Source of the DNA: a bacterium
GTDB lineage: Bacteria; Zhuqueibacterota; Zhuqueibacteria; Residuimicrobiales; Krinioviventaceae
Assembly: GCA_963693055.1 (NCBI GenBank)
Contig: OY843751.1
Coordinates: 2,080,001 to 2,144,000 of the forward strand
Direction: 5' to 3'
Length of the DNA stretch: 64,000 nt
Shown: positions 18,111 to 27,343 of the stretch, piece by piece
How positions within the stretch are numbered: the first letter of the stretch is position 1
How the letters are laid out: every line of letters starts with the position of its first letter
The notes under the pieces: model-generated
The model's input: the letters and a program-made list of their open reading frames with translations, nothing else
What the model was told of the DNA's origin: nothing
The model's database searches: none
Position numbers and translations under genes: made by a program

Positions 18111-20321
18111 ATGGAAGAATGGGAAAGGATCAATATGATACGAGTCGGGAGATGTGTTGTAGATAATTTTAAAAAATATCATATCAAAAAAAATTTTCTA
18201 ATTTGCTCAATCGTTTTAGCACTTTTATTTACAGTATCTTGTGAGAGAAATATTCCATCATACACCATAGATTTGGAAAAAGACTGGCGGTTCTCTCCTG
18301 ATCCCCAAAAGTCAGGCATGTCTGAACAATGGTATTCACCTGAATATGATGACTCTGACTGGGCAGTGATTGATGCGGGAAAACGATGGGAAGATCAGGG
18401 ATACCCGGAACTGGATGATTTGGGATGGTATAGAAAAGAGGTAGATATTCCCAAAGAATTAAAAGGTCGGGATTTGTGGATAAAATTTGCAGGTGTAAAT
18501 GACTATTTCGAGTTATTTATAAATGGTAAAAGTACCGGTTTATTTGGAAAGTCTTATTATTCTGTTGCAGGGAGGCCCACTGCGGCAAAAATATCTGATA
18601 TGTTGGTTTATGGTGAAACGAATCTTGTTACCGTTAAAGTAAGTGATATTGCCGGAAGTGGTGGAATATGGAAATCTCCTGTAATCATTACAACTATAAA
18701 TGTTGAGCAAAGTGTAAACCGAAAATTTACCTTTGAAAAGGAATATCTGAATTTACCGGTGAAAAAGGGTGCTCCCATGTGCACCGTCAAGTTATTTGTT
18801 GATAATGTAATTGAAAGAGAATTTTTCATAGAACTTGCATCCGGAGAACCCGATTTTTGGGTCTATATGGAAATAGATGAATTCAAAGGGAAAAAGGGTG
18901 AGATTAAAATATTTGAACTCGATCCGGATCGTAAGGATTTAGTTGATACCATTTATCAGGACAATACCTTCCCGGGAGAAGATGAACTCTATCACGAAAA
19001 GTATCGCCCACAGTTTCATTTTTCATCCAAACGGGGCTGGTTGAATGATCCCAATGGATTGGTCTATTATGATGGAGAGTACCATCTTTTCTATCAACAT
19101 AATGCTTTTGGAGTTGCTGAGGGTAGCAAATCGTGGGGGCATGCAGTTAGTAAAGATTTGCTTCATTGGCAGGAACTGGGTGACGCCCTATATCCCGATG
19201 AATGGGGAACCATGTGGTCAGGGTCTGCGGTTGTGGATTGGAATAATACAACCGGATTCCAAACTGGAGATGAACCCCCTCTGGTTGCTATTTATACCAA
19301 TGCTGGTGGAGAAAATCAATGGTCAGCCGGCAAACCTTTTACCCAGGGATTAGCGTTTAGTAATGATCATGGTCGAACCTGGACTAAATATGAAGGAAAT
19401 CCGGTACAGGGACATATCAATGCGGGTAACCGTGATCCCAAAGTGATTTGGTTGGAAAAGACACAGGAATGGGTAATTGTTCTCTATCTTGTAGATGGCC
19501 GAATGGCATTTTTTACATCACCGGATTTAAAACAATGGGAACTTGAAAGCATACTGGAATCCTTTCACGAATGCCCAGAATTGTTCCAGTTGCCAGTTGA
19601 TGGCAACGAGAATAATAAAAAGTGGATTTTGTATGGCGGCACCGGAGATTATTTTATTGGTGATTTTGATGGAGCAAAGTTTACGATCAAGAGTGAAAAG
19701 AAACGTTACAGTTATGGGGACGCCTTTTACGCATCACAAACATTCAGCGATATTCCCAAAGAGGACGGGCGGCGCATCCAGATCGGGTGGGCACGTATTG
19801 ATTTGCCCGGTATGCCATTTAATCAGATGATGCATTTCCCGGTAGAATTGACACTGCGTTCTACAAAGCACGGTATCCGCATATTTACGAATCCTGTTAG
19901 AGAAATTGAAAAGCTGTATAAAGAAAAGCACCATATACAAGATTTCAAGTTGGCCCCGGAAAGTAATCCGTTATCTCACATTAAAGGAGAATTGTTTGAC
20001 ATATCGGCAGAATTTGCTGTTGGCAATGCTTCAAAGATTGGCTTTGAAATCCGTGGAGTGCCAGTTGAGTATGATGTCAGGAAGGGAGTGCTTTCAGTTA
20101 AAAGCCAGTCAGTACAGTTTAAACCGCAAAATGGAAAAATTAAATTGCGGCTTTTGATCGACCGTACATCGCTCGAGATATTTGTTAATGATGGAGAATA
20201 TTATATGCCAATGGGTTCTATACCGGATGATAACAACAAATCATTAAATGTGTTTGCAATTGGTGGAACTGCTAATATTATTAATCTGGATGTCAATGAA
20301 ATAAATTCTGCATGGAATTAA
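18111..20321 (+). CDS. GH32 levanase/fructan beta-fructosidase with N-terminal GH2-like sugar-binding domain and a DUF4980-like linker domain (start codon uncertain)
   Basis: Catalytic WLNDPNG, WSGSA, RDPKV and HECP; C-terminal DRTSLEIFVNDG; lipobox TVSC. Confidence 0.9.
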   Translation: MEEWERINMIRVGRCVVDNFKKYHIKKNFLICSIVLALLFTVSCERNIPSYTIDLEKDWRFSPDPQKSGMSEQWYSPEYDDSDWAVIDAGKRWEDQGYPELDDLGWYRKEVDIPKELKGRDLWIKFAGVNDYFELFINGKSTGLFGKSYYSVAGRPTAAKISDMLVYGETNLVTVKVSDIAGSGGIWKSPVIITTINVEQSVNRKFTFEKEYLNLPVKKGAPMCTVKLFVDNVIEREFFIELASGEPDFWVYMEIDEFKGKKGEIKIFELDPDRKDLVDTIYQDNTFPGEDELYHEKYRPQFHFSSKRGWLNDPNGLVYYDGEYHLFYQHNAFGVAEGSKSWGHAVSKDLLHWQELGDALYPDEWGTMWSGSAVVDWNNTTGFQTGDEPPLVAIYTNAGGENQWSAGKPFTQGLAFSNDHGRTWTKYEGNPVQGHINAGNRDPKVIWLEKTQEWVIVLYLVDGRMAFFTSPDLKQWELESILESFHECPELFQLPVDGNENNKKWILYGGTGDYFIGDFDGAKFTIKSEKKRYSYGDAFYASQTFSDIPKEDGRRIQIGWARIDLPGMPFNQMMHFPVELTLRSTKHGIRIFTNPVREIEKLYKEKHHIQDFKLAPESNPLSHIKGELFDISAEFAVGNASKIGFEIRGVPVEYDVRKGVLSVKSQSVQFKPQNGKIKLRLLIDRTSLEIFVNDGEYYMPMGSIPDDNNKSLNVFAIGGTANIINLDVNEINSAWN

Positions 20322-20356
20322 GGTGTTTTTGTTAGATCTTTAAAAAAGAGGGAAAT

Positions 20357-23326
20357 ATGAAGAAATTTGTCACATTACTTTATGCAATTCTGGTTGTAAT
20401 TACGTTATCTTGTGTAAATTCTGCAATGGATAAAAGCCCCAAAATATTAAATAATTATGTGGATTTGGTAGATCCATTTATCGGTACAGATGCGAACGGC
20501 CATACATTCCCGGGAGCAACGCTGCCTAACGGACTGGTACAACTCAGTCCTGATACAAAAACCGAAACTTGGAATAATTGTTCAGGATACCATTATACCG
20601 ATAAAAGTATTATGGGATTCAGTCATACACACTATAGCGGAACAGGAGCGCTTGGTGGTGGCGATATATTATTTATGCCCACTGTTGGTGAAATTCAATT
20701 GAATGCAGGCGATATAAATCATACCGAGACTGGCTACCGTTCACAATATTCACATGAACAAGAGTCTGCTACTCCCGGTTATTATTCTGTTATTCTTAAA
20801 GATTATAACATTCACGTAGAGTTGACCGCAACCAAAAGAGTTGGATTGCAAAAGTATACGTTTCCCCAAGGGGACCAGTCCAATGTCATTCTTGACCTGG
20901 TTCACGGTATTGCCGATGGTCCGGACAGCTTGTTCATTCAAATCGATGGAGATGAAATTTCAGGTTACAGAGCGGCATACGGTGGATTGGACAATAGCAA
21001 TGTGATCTATTTTGCGGCCCAATTTTCAAAGAAATTCCAAAGTTATGGTATAGCAGTTGATAATGTGATAAAGTCAGATATTAAATCCGCAAAAGGCAAT
21101 AATATTAAAGCCTTTTTTAGATTCAACACACAAGAGAATGACCCTGTTCTGTTAAAAGCAGCAATCTCTACGGTAAGCATTGATGGCGCGAAAAAGAATT
21201 TAAAAGCAGAGGTTTCAGATTGGGATTTTGATAATGTACGAAAATCAGCCACAGAAACCTGGAACAAGGTGCTGAATAAAATACAGGTCGAAGGAGGAAC
21301 AAAAGATCAGCAGACAATATTTTATACCGCGTTATATCATGCTTATATTCATCCCAATCTTTATATGGATGTTGATAAAAGGTATCGCAGCGCCACCAAA
21401 GAAATATATAAAGGCGCCAATGATTTTGAAAATTATACCACGTTTTCATTATGGGATACCTTTAGAGCGTTGCACCCATTGTTGACTATAATTGATCACA
21501 AGCAAACCAATCAATATATTAAAACATTTATCGAGCGCTACGAGCATGCTTTGAATATGCCCATTATGGAGTTCTCTGGTAGCGAAGGCTATACCATGAT
21601 TGGTTACCATTCGATCCCGGTTGTGGCAGATGCCTATGTTAAGGGCATTCGGGACTATGATGTTAAAAAAGCGTACAAGGCAGTAAAGCAATTGGCCAAT
21701 GGTGACAGGGCCGGAAAAGAATTTTATTTGCAATATGGTTATGTGCCCGATGATTTTAGTATTGAATCGGTATCTCGAACTTTGGAATACAGTTACGATG
21801 ACTGGTGCGTCACCCGCCTCGCTCAGGATTTTGATAAAGAGGATTTTGCTCATTACAATTCAAGAGGGCAGTTTTATAGAAATGTTTTCAATAAAGAAAT
21901 CGATTTTATGGCCCCCAAAAACAGCGACTATACCTGGACGAAAAATTTTGATCCTATGGAAGTAACCAAGCTGCATTTTACAGAAGCGAATGCGTATCAA
22001 TATACTCCGTTTGTGTTACAGGATATTGACGGGTTGATTCAATTGTTGGGTGGAGATAAAGCGTTTGAAAAATGGTTGGATGTTATCTTTAATACAGAGA
22101 CAGATACCATTAACAATAAAATAATGGATGTGGATGTAACCGGATTGATTGGTCAATATGCACAGGGCAATGAACCCAGTCATCATACAGCCTATTTGTA
22201 CAATTATGTTGGCTCTGCCTGGAAAACGCAAAAGCAGATAAGAGAAATTCTAACTACATTATACACTTCTGGACCGGATGGTATGTGTGGAAATGATGAC
22301 GCGGGTCAAATGTCCGCCTGGTATATATTCAGCGCAATGGGATTTTATCCTGTTACACCCGGCCTGGATTATTATGCCATTGGCAGTCCCTTGTTCGATA
22401 AAGTTACCATCAATTTAGAAAATGGAAAACAGTTTAAACTTGTTACGAACAATAATAACTTGGTTAATGCTTATGTTCAGTCTGTAATTCTGAATGGCAA
22501 ACCCTATACAAAATCCTATTTGAACCATGATGATATTATGAATGGTGCTACAATGGAAATTACTATGGGTGACCAGCCGAATAAATCGTGGGGAAAAGCG
22601 GTACAGGACCGTCCATATTCCCCAAAATATGAATGTGCCCCGGTACCTATGCTGAAATCTACCGGAAGGAAATTCCTAAAAAGCACTTTGGTATCGCTTT
22701 CTTGTGAAAACAAGAGTGCTGTTATTCGCTATACTATTGATGGCAGCGAACCCGATGAGGATTCGAAAACATATAAAAATCCAATTACTATCAACCAAAC
22801 ATGTCATTTAAAGGTGAAATGCTTTGTGGATGGATTGCAGCCGGGTTATACTGCCGCTTTTGATTTTGAAAAGCTGGATCTGCAGCCAGCCCTGATTGTT
22901 TCAAATCCGAAACCCGGATTAAGATATATCTATAAAGAAGCTTCATGCGCCAATACCGCGGATCTTGATAAATATCCCATTGACAATAAAGGGATTATTA
23001 AATCGATTAATGTGGATTCCATCAAAGACTCGCGACCCTTTGGGTATATATTTGAAGGCTATGTCAATGTTCCTGTTGACGGACTGTACATTTTTTATCT
23101 GGAATCTAATGACGGTTCAACCTTGTATCTGGATGATGAATTGATTGTTGACAATGATGGCGACCATATGTTACAAACATTGTTTGCGGAAAGAGGATTA
23201 AAAAAAGGTTTTCATTCTATCAAAATTAAATATTTCCAAATGGGCGGGGGAAAAAGTCTGGATGTAAGCTGGAAAATACCCGGTTCTGATATCGTAGCGG
23301 TTCCGGCAAGCGTTTTGTATCATTAA
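20357..23326 (+). CDS. GH92 alpha-1,2-mannosidase with Fn3-associated and PA14 domains
   Basis: DPFIGT..GHTFPGA, FSHTH.SG, SLWDTFRA, GNEPSHH, GNDDAGQMSAWY; IRYTIDGSEP; SNDGS.LYLD...DNDG.H (PA14). Confidence 0.93.
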   Translation: MKKFVTLLYAILVVITLSCVNSAMDKSPKILNNYVDLVDPFIGTDANGHTFPGATLPNGLVQLSPDTKTETWNNCSGYHYTDKSIMGFSHTHYSGTGALGGGDILFMPTVGEIQLNAGDINHTETGYRSQYSHEQESATPGYYSVILKDYNIHVELTATKRVGLQKYTFPQGDQSNVILDLVHGIADGPDSLFIQIDGDEISGYRAAYGGLDNSNVIYFAAQFSKKFQSYGIAVDNVIKSDIKSAKGNNIKAFFRFNTQENDPVLLKAAISTVSIDGAKKNLKAEVSDWDFDNVRKSATETWNKVLNKIQVEGGTKDQQTIFYTALYHAYIHPNLYMDVDKRYRSATKEIYKGANDFENYTTFSLWDTFRALHPLLTIIDHKQTNQYIKTFIERYEHALNMPIMEFSGSEGYTMIGYHSIPVVADAYVKGIRDYDVKKAYKAVKQLANGDRAGKEFYLQYGYVPDDFSIESVSRTLEYSYDDWCVTRLAQDFDKEDFAHYNSRGQFYRNVFNKEIDFMAPKNSDYTWTKNFDPMEVTKLHFTEANAYQYTPFVLQDIDGLIQLLGGDKAFEKWLDVIFNTETDTINNKIMDVDVTGLIGQYAQGNEPSHHTAYLYNYVGSAWKTQKQIREILTTLYTSGPDGMCGNDDAGQMSAWYIFSAMGFYPVTPGLDYYAIGSPLFDKVTINLENGKQFKLVTNNNNLVNAYVQSVILNGKPYTKSYLNHDDIMNGATMEITMGDQPNKSWGKAVQDRPYSPKYECAPVPMLKSTGRKFLKSTLVSLSCENKSAVIRYTIDGSEPDEDSKTYKNPITINQTCHLKVKCFVDGLQPGYTAAFDFEKLDLQPALIVSNPKPGLRYIYKEASCANTADLDKYPIDNKGIIKSINVDSIKDSRPFGYIFEGYVNVPVDGLYIFYLESNDGSTLYLDDELIVDNDGDHMLQTLFAERGLKKGFHSIKIKYFQMGGGKSLDVSWKIPGSDIVAVPASVLYH

Positions 23327-23341
23327 TAGTCTGGTTTTTAA

Positions 23342-23381
23342 ATGTGCCTGGTATCCACCAACTGGTGGATGCAGGGCACAT
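23342..23381. repeat. Long intergenic hairpin containing a CCRCCAACTGGYGG palindrome
   Basis: ATGTGCCTGGTATCCACCA-AC-TGGTGGATGCAGGGCACAT. Confidence 0.6.
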
Positions 23382-23553
23382 ATTAATATTATTTAGGTAC
23401 TTTGAGTTGAATAAAATACACATAAAAAAGTATACGATTTGTAATGAAGATTATAAATCCTAAAACTTTATTTGAAAACCATAAAAGGATGAATTTATAC
23501 AATAATTTATACTTGACTTTGCTTTCAAGCAATGAAATAAAAGAAAGAAAAAA

Positions 23554-24864
23554 ATGAAAATTAACGCTAGTAGAATATTAGCAATAATAATCATACTGAG
23601 CACTATAATGTGTGTGAACGTATCAGGTCAATATGAACCTGAAGGAAATTACGACTGGAAAAGTAATATGGTTATTGCTGATCGGAAACGCGATGAGGCA
23701 GGGATGTTGCAACCACTCCAGTCTTATGATGAAACAATCCGTCGTGGGATGTCGTTGCTGCTGATTGATCATTTACTTTGGTTTAAAGGATCAAGAGAAA
23801 ACCTTCAGGATGAGAATGGGAACACCCAGATGCCATGGGTATACTATTCAAACATTCAGCACAATGGCGAACCATTTCCAAATTCTATAGACCGTTTTGT
23901 GTCATACCCGGCATTTCATCACTCCTTGATGATCAAAACATTTATCAAATACTGGAAATACTTGGGAGATAAGCAGGCGCTCAAGGAAGCTATTAAGCTG
24001 GCAGATTGGAACATTGCTCATAGAACACCGAGCGAGTGGGCTTATGGGAACATGCCCTACAGTACCTTTGAGGAAAAGAAACCGGGAGGCTTTAGGGACA
24101 AGAGTGGTATCATGCCTGACAAGGGAGCAATTATGGCTTTGGCTTATTTAGAACTGTATGAAGCTACTAATAAACAAAAATATAAAGATGCCGCAGAATC
24201 TATTGCCAATACACTATGCAAAACGCAACGCCCTAATGGTACATGGCCTTTTCGTGTCGATCCGAAAACAGAAAAGGTGATCGAAGAATATACAAGCAGT
24301 GTCATCTATGCTGTTATGTTATTTGAGAACCTGGATACATTGAACAAAAATAATAATTTCAAGTTTTATCATGACCGAACATGGGAGTGGTTACTGAATG
24401 GTCCGATCAAGACTAAGGAATTTCGAGGTTTCTATGAAGATATCCCGGAAAATACAGAGGGGCGTACCAATTACGATTGTCTTGACGTGATACGTTATTT
24501 GCTGTCCAACCGGACAGACAGTAATGGCTATCTTGAAATGGCACTGGAGCTTAATGTTTGGGTTGAAAAAATCTTTATGGACAAGATTGAAGGCTTTGAG
24601 CCAGCAGAGGGGATTCGAGAACAATTGCAGTGCAATTATATCATGGGCGTTCACAGCCTGAATTGGGCATCAATGCTGCTGGTTCTTGCCAAGGCTTCTG
24701 ATGACGAAAAGATGAGAGAGCGGGCTATACAGACGGCAAATTATGTTACCTATTATTTACAACCAGACAACCGGATTGTGGTGGGTTTCAATTATAATCA
24801 GTGGTGGTACAGTTGCCACATTGGTGTTATCCTGTATTTATTTGATTTTTTGGCTGCAAATTGA
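23554..24864 (+). CDS. Secreted alpha/alpha-toroid (six-hairpin-like) protein of unknown specificity
   Basis: Signal peptide; helical hairpin repeats LAYLELYEAT..KY..AA..IA..L...Q..NG.WPF and A...A.W; conserved-looking MPDKG and FYED. Confidence 0.6.
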   Translation: MKINASRILAIIIILSTIMCVNVSGQYEPEGNYDWKSNMVIADRKRDEAGMLQPLQSYDETIRRGMSLLLIDHLLWFKGSRENLQDENGNTQMPWVYYSNIQHNGEPFPNSIDRFVSYPAFHHSLMIKTFIKYWKYLGDKQALKEAIKLADWNIAHRTPSEWAYGNMPYSTFEEKKPGGFRDKSGIMPDKGAIMALAYLELYEATNKQKYKDAAESIANTLCKTQRPNGTWPFRVDPKTEKVIEEYTSSVIYAVMLFENLDTLNKNNNFKFYHDRTWEWLLNGPIKTKEFRGFYEDIPENTEGRTNYDCLDVIRYLLSNRTDSNGYLEMALELNVWVEKIFMDKIEGFEPAEGIREQLQCNYIMGVHSLNWASMLLVLAKASDDEKMRERAIQTANYVTYYLQPDNRIVVGFNYNQWWYSCHIGVILYLFDFLAAN

Positions 24865-24910
24865 TTTATAAAAACAATTTGCATAAAACCAGTTGAAAAG
24901 ATAATGACAG

Positions 24911-24992
24911 TCATTAGCCCGGACTTCCTGTCCGGGATTATGAAATTAGGTAGAAAAACACCGGACGGAACGTTCGGGTTACGAACGGGTAA
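24911..24992. repeat. GC-rich palindrome cluster (REP-like) in an AT-rich intergenic region
   Basis: CCCGGAC-TTCCT-GTCCGGG (24918-24936) and CCGGACG-GAA-CGTTCGG (24961-24977). Confidence 0.45.
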
Positions 24993-25087
24993 TCCAAGAC
25001 ATTTCAAAAGAAATCGTAATTTTTTTTGTAATAGGAAAAGACTTGGTATAATATCTGTTTAATAGCATATAAAACTCGTTAAAAATG

Positions 25088-25116
25088 TTGCATTAGTCAA
25101 AGTGTATTGTTAAATT
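25088..25116 (+). promoter_or_regulatory. Putative sigma70 promoter of the leader-peptide/metal-uptake operon
   Basis: TTGCAT-17 bp-TAAATT with extended -10 TG; ACCTGAT...ATCAGGT inverted repeat follows at 25121-25143. Confidence 0.5.
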
Positions 25117-25204
25117 TCTTACCTGATTGATTTTTTATCAGGTTTAGCAATGAATTGAATATATTATCGGTATATAACCACAATGGACAAGTGTTAATCA
25201 GACC

Positions 25205-25516
25205 ATGTTTTCTGGATTCGGGAAAAAAATAAAATCAGGCAATCATTTTTTGATCGTATTGCTTGTTTTATTATTATTATTGCAGGTTATCGGGCTTGAT
25301 TTGTTTCACAATCATGAACCTGATTTCGAACATCATGATGATTGTCCTGCAAGTCTATTGTACTTTATGTTCAGTTCAATTTTTTTCTTTGATACAATAG
25401 TCAAATTTTTTTTATTATTAATTTGTATTTTACAATTTGTCTATTACCAAACCCATCATTTATATTTTTATGAAAAATACCTGTCTCGTGCACCTCCTAT
25501 TCTACTAATTTATTAA
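25205..25516 (+). CDS. DUF2946/CruR-like regulatory leader peptide with His/Cys metal motif and C-terminal RAPP arrest motif
   Basis: N-terminal hydrophobic segment, HNHEPDFEHHDDCPAS, second hydrophobic stretch, then SRAPP (RAPP codons 25487-25498) five residues before the stop; directly upstream of metal-uptake genes. Confidence 0.75.
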   Translation: MFSGFGKKIKSGNHFLIVLLVLLLLLQVIGLDLFHNHEPDFEHHDDCPASLLYFMFSSIFFFDTIVKFFLLLICILQFVYYQTHHLYFYEKYLSRAPPILLIY

Positions 25517-25550
25517 CAAAACAAATTATTAAACTCTTTTTGAGAGATTT

Positions 25551-25674
25551 AGCCATTTTTTACTGCATTTATCTACTCTGTTGACTAAACTGGAGGTGGG
25601 TAAAGTATATATATTGGTGTATATCTTGTGATTTATTCACCAAAATGCATTTGTGGCTCATTCACTTTTTTTTT
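25551..25674 (+). promoter_or_regulatory. Structured spacer with U tract between the leader peptide and the first lipoprotein (candidate attenuator)
   Basis: AGCCA/TGGCT, TGCATTT/AAATGCA, TTTATCTAC/GTGGGTAAA and TGGTG/CACCA pairings followed by T9. Confidence 0.45.
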
Positions 25675-25706
25675 AATGAATCGAATTTATATAAAGGAAT
25701 TCAATC

Positions 25707-27281
25707 ATGAAACGTTTTTATAAATATAAATTTTTTTTCCCCCTTTTATTTGCATCGCTTGTTTTGGTTTTTACCAGTTGTGAGAAAGACAATCCAACTC
25801 AACCGAAATTGTTAGAAATCATCGGATTGGTAATTACCCAGGGTGATTCAACCGTAGTAAATTATAGCGGTGATGAAACCGTAAACGGCGAGATTGAAGC
25901 AGCAGAAGGACAACTCTCGGCAGAATTTACCATTCAATTTATTGATGGTGACCAGGCAGTTTTTTCTCCTTCAACAGATAGTTATCAGTTGAAAGTCGAT
26001 GTCCTGGATGAAACCGTTTGCGGATTTTATCAACACGATGATGAGACTGGTGGATTTGAATTTCATCTGGATGCACGAGACAAAGAGCACGGGCACACAA
26101 CCATAGTATTTAATCTGCTCAAGGGTGAAAATACTGTTTTTACATCCAAAGCCATTCCGGTCCATGTTGAGGGCGAAGAAGAGACCGTGTCAGCCTGGAT
26201 ATGGGCTTACGACGGTACTGCAAGTGCTTTGCGCGCGTATAATGCTGCCACCGGTGAAATGAAAGCTGAATTTACATCAAGTGCCCATCCCATGATGCAC
26301 ATAATTAATGCAGGTCCTGCCGAGGAACCCACAATTTGGATGGCTAATGCAGGTACTGCATATGCCTTTACCTCCGGATTTCACAGTCATGGTGATCATG
26401 GCCATATGGAAACGCCGGAAATTTATCAAACCGTGTCTACCGGGCAAAGCCCTGTGCATATCGGTGTTTCACCGGATGGTATGACCGTTGCCTTTTCCAA
26501 TGACGGCGACCAAACCGTATCAGTGATTGATGTTTCTACTGGTGCTGTTCAAACCATTTCCGGCGGTTCCGGGCATTCTGCCGCGTTACTTACCGGCGAG
26601 TATCTTGTTACAACATCGGCAACTTCTACTGATGAAAAATGGGCAAAGATTATTGACATTGCTTCCAACTCGGTCATTGCTGAAATTGAAACGGCAACAG
26701 GTACTCATGGTGATGCTTATTATGCCGATGGAAATACTGCTTTTCTGGCGTGTGGTGATGGTATTTATGTTGTTGATGTAACTGCCAAATCGCTAAAAAA
26801 GAGTATCCCTTATACGGAAGCCGGCCGTACAAATTTTCTGTATCACGGCGAGAACGCTTCAATAGCAGTGGGATTGCACAAAACAGATGCCGGAGTTAGT
26901 GATAAAATATTATTGTTGGATATGTCTGCAGAAACTTTGGATTACTTGACAATTTCCGGAGCTACGCTGGACTGGAAAATTAAAGACGGTTATTTTGCAC
27001 TCTCCAATGATGGTCAGGTAGCTGTGTTGGCAGATTTGACGTTACCGCAGGTTTATCATATAAACCTGCAAACCAAAACGGTTAATACCTTAACAGCTCC
27101 CGCGGCTTCGGCGGCTGTTGCCACGAACCATGATGGATCACAGGTGTGGGTACAAGACAAAACCAACCATAAAGTTTCTCGTATTGATGTTGAGCATAAC
27201 CAGCTAACGGATGAATTCAGTGTTACATCCGGTACGGAATGGATATTTGTAACTTCATTTGACGGTGAAGTGATAGAATAG
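25707..27281 (+). CDS. Lipoprotein with N-terminal Ig-like domain and AztD-like metal-binding beta-propeller
   Basis: Lipobox FTSC; YVTN/WD40-like blades (GVSPDG..VAFSNDGDQTVSVID); HSHGDHGH, PVHIG, GHSAA, THGDA and ACGDG motifs in the order seen in AztD. Confidence 0.7.
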   Translation: MKRFYKYKFFFPLLFASLVLVFTSCEKDNPTQPKLLEIIGLVITQGDSTVVNYSGDETVNGEIEAAEGQLSAEFTIQFIDGDQAVFSPSTDSYQLKVDVLDETVCGFYQHDDETGGFEFHLDARDKEHGHTTIVFNLLKGENTVFTSKAIPVHVEGEEETVSAWIWAYDGTASALRAYNAATGEMKAEFTSSAHPMMHIINAGPAEEPTIWMANAGTAYAFTSGFHSHGDHGHMETPEIYQTVSTGQSPVHIGVSPDGMTVAFSNDGDQTVSVIDVSTGAVQTISGGSGHSAALLTGEYLVTTSATSTDEKWAKIIDIASNSVIAEIETATGTHGDAYYADGNTAFLACGDGIYVVDVTAKSLKKSIPYTEAGRTNFLYHGENASIAVGLHKTDAGVSDKILLLDMSAETLDYLTISGATLDWKIKDGYFALSNDGQVAVLADLTLPQVYHINLQTKTVNTLTAPAASAAVATNHDGSQVWVQDKTNHKVSRIDVEHNQLTDEFSVTSGTEWIFVTSFDGEVIE

Positions 27282-27293
27282 TTAATAATATAT

Positions 27294-27324
27294 CGCCGGC
27301 TCGAGCTGCATTCCAGAGTCGGCG
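27294..27324 (+). other. Intercistronic hairpin (stability or partial termination element)
   Basis: CGCCGGCTC...GAGTCGGCG followed by CTTTATCTTTTT. Confidence 0.45.
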
Positions 27325-27343
27325 CTTTATCTTTTTAGGATAT

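Noticed and set aside
25011-25031. AAATCGTAAT resembling a Bacillus-type Zur box upstream of the metal-uptake operon
   Set aside because: Only one half-site; the second arm is poly-T, so it is likely chance in AT-rich DNA
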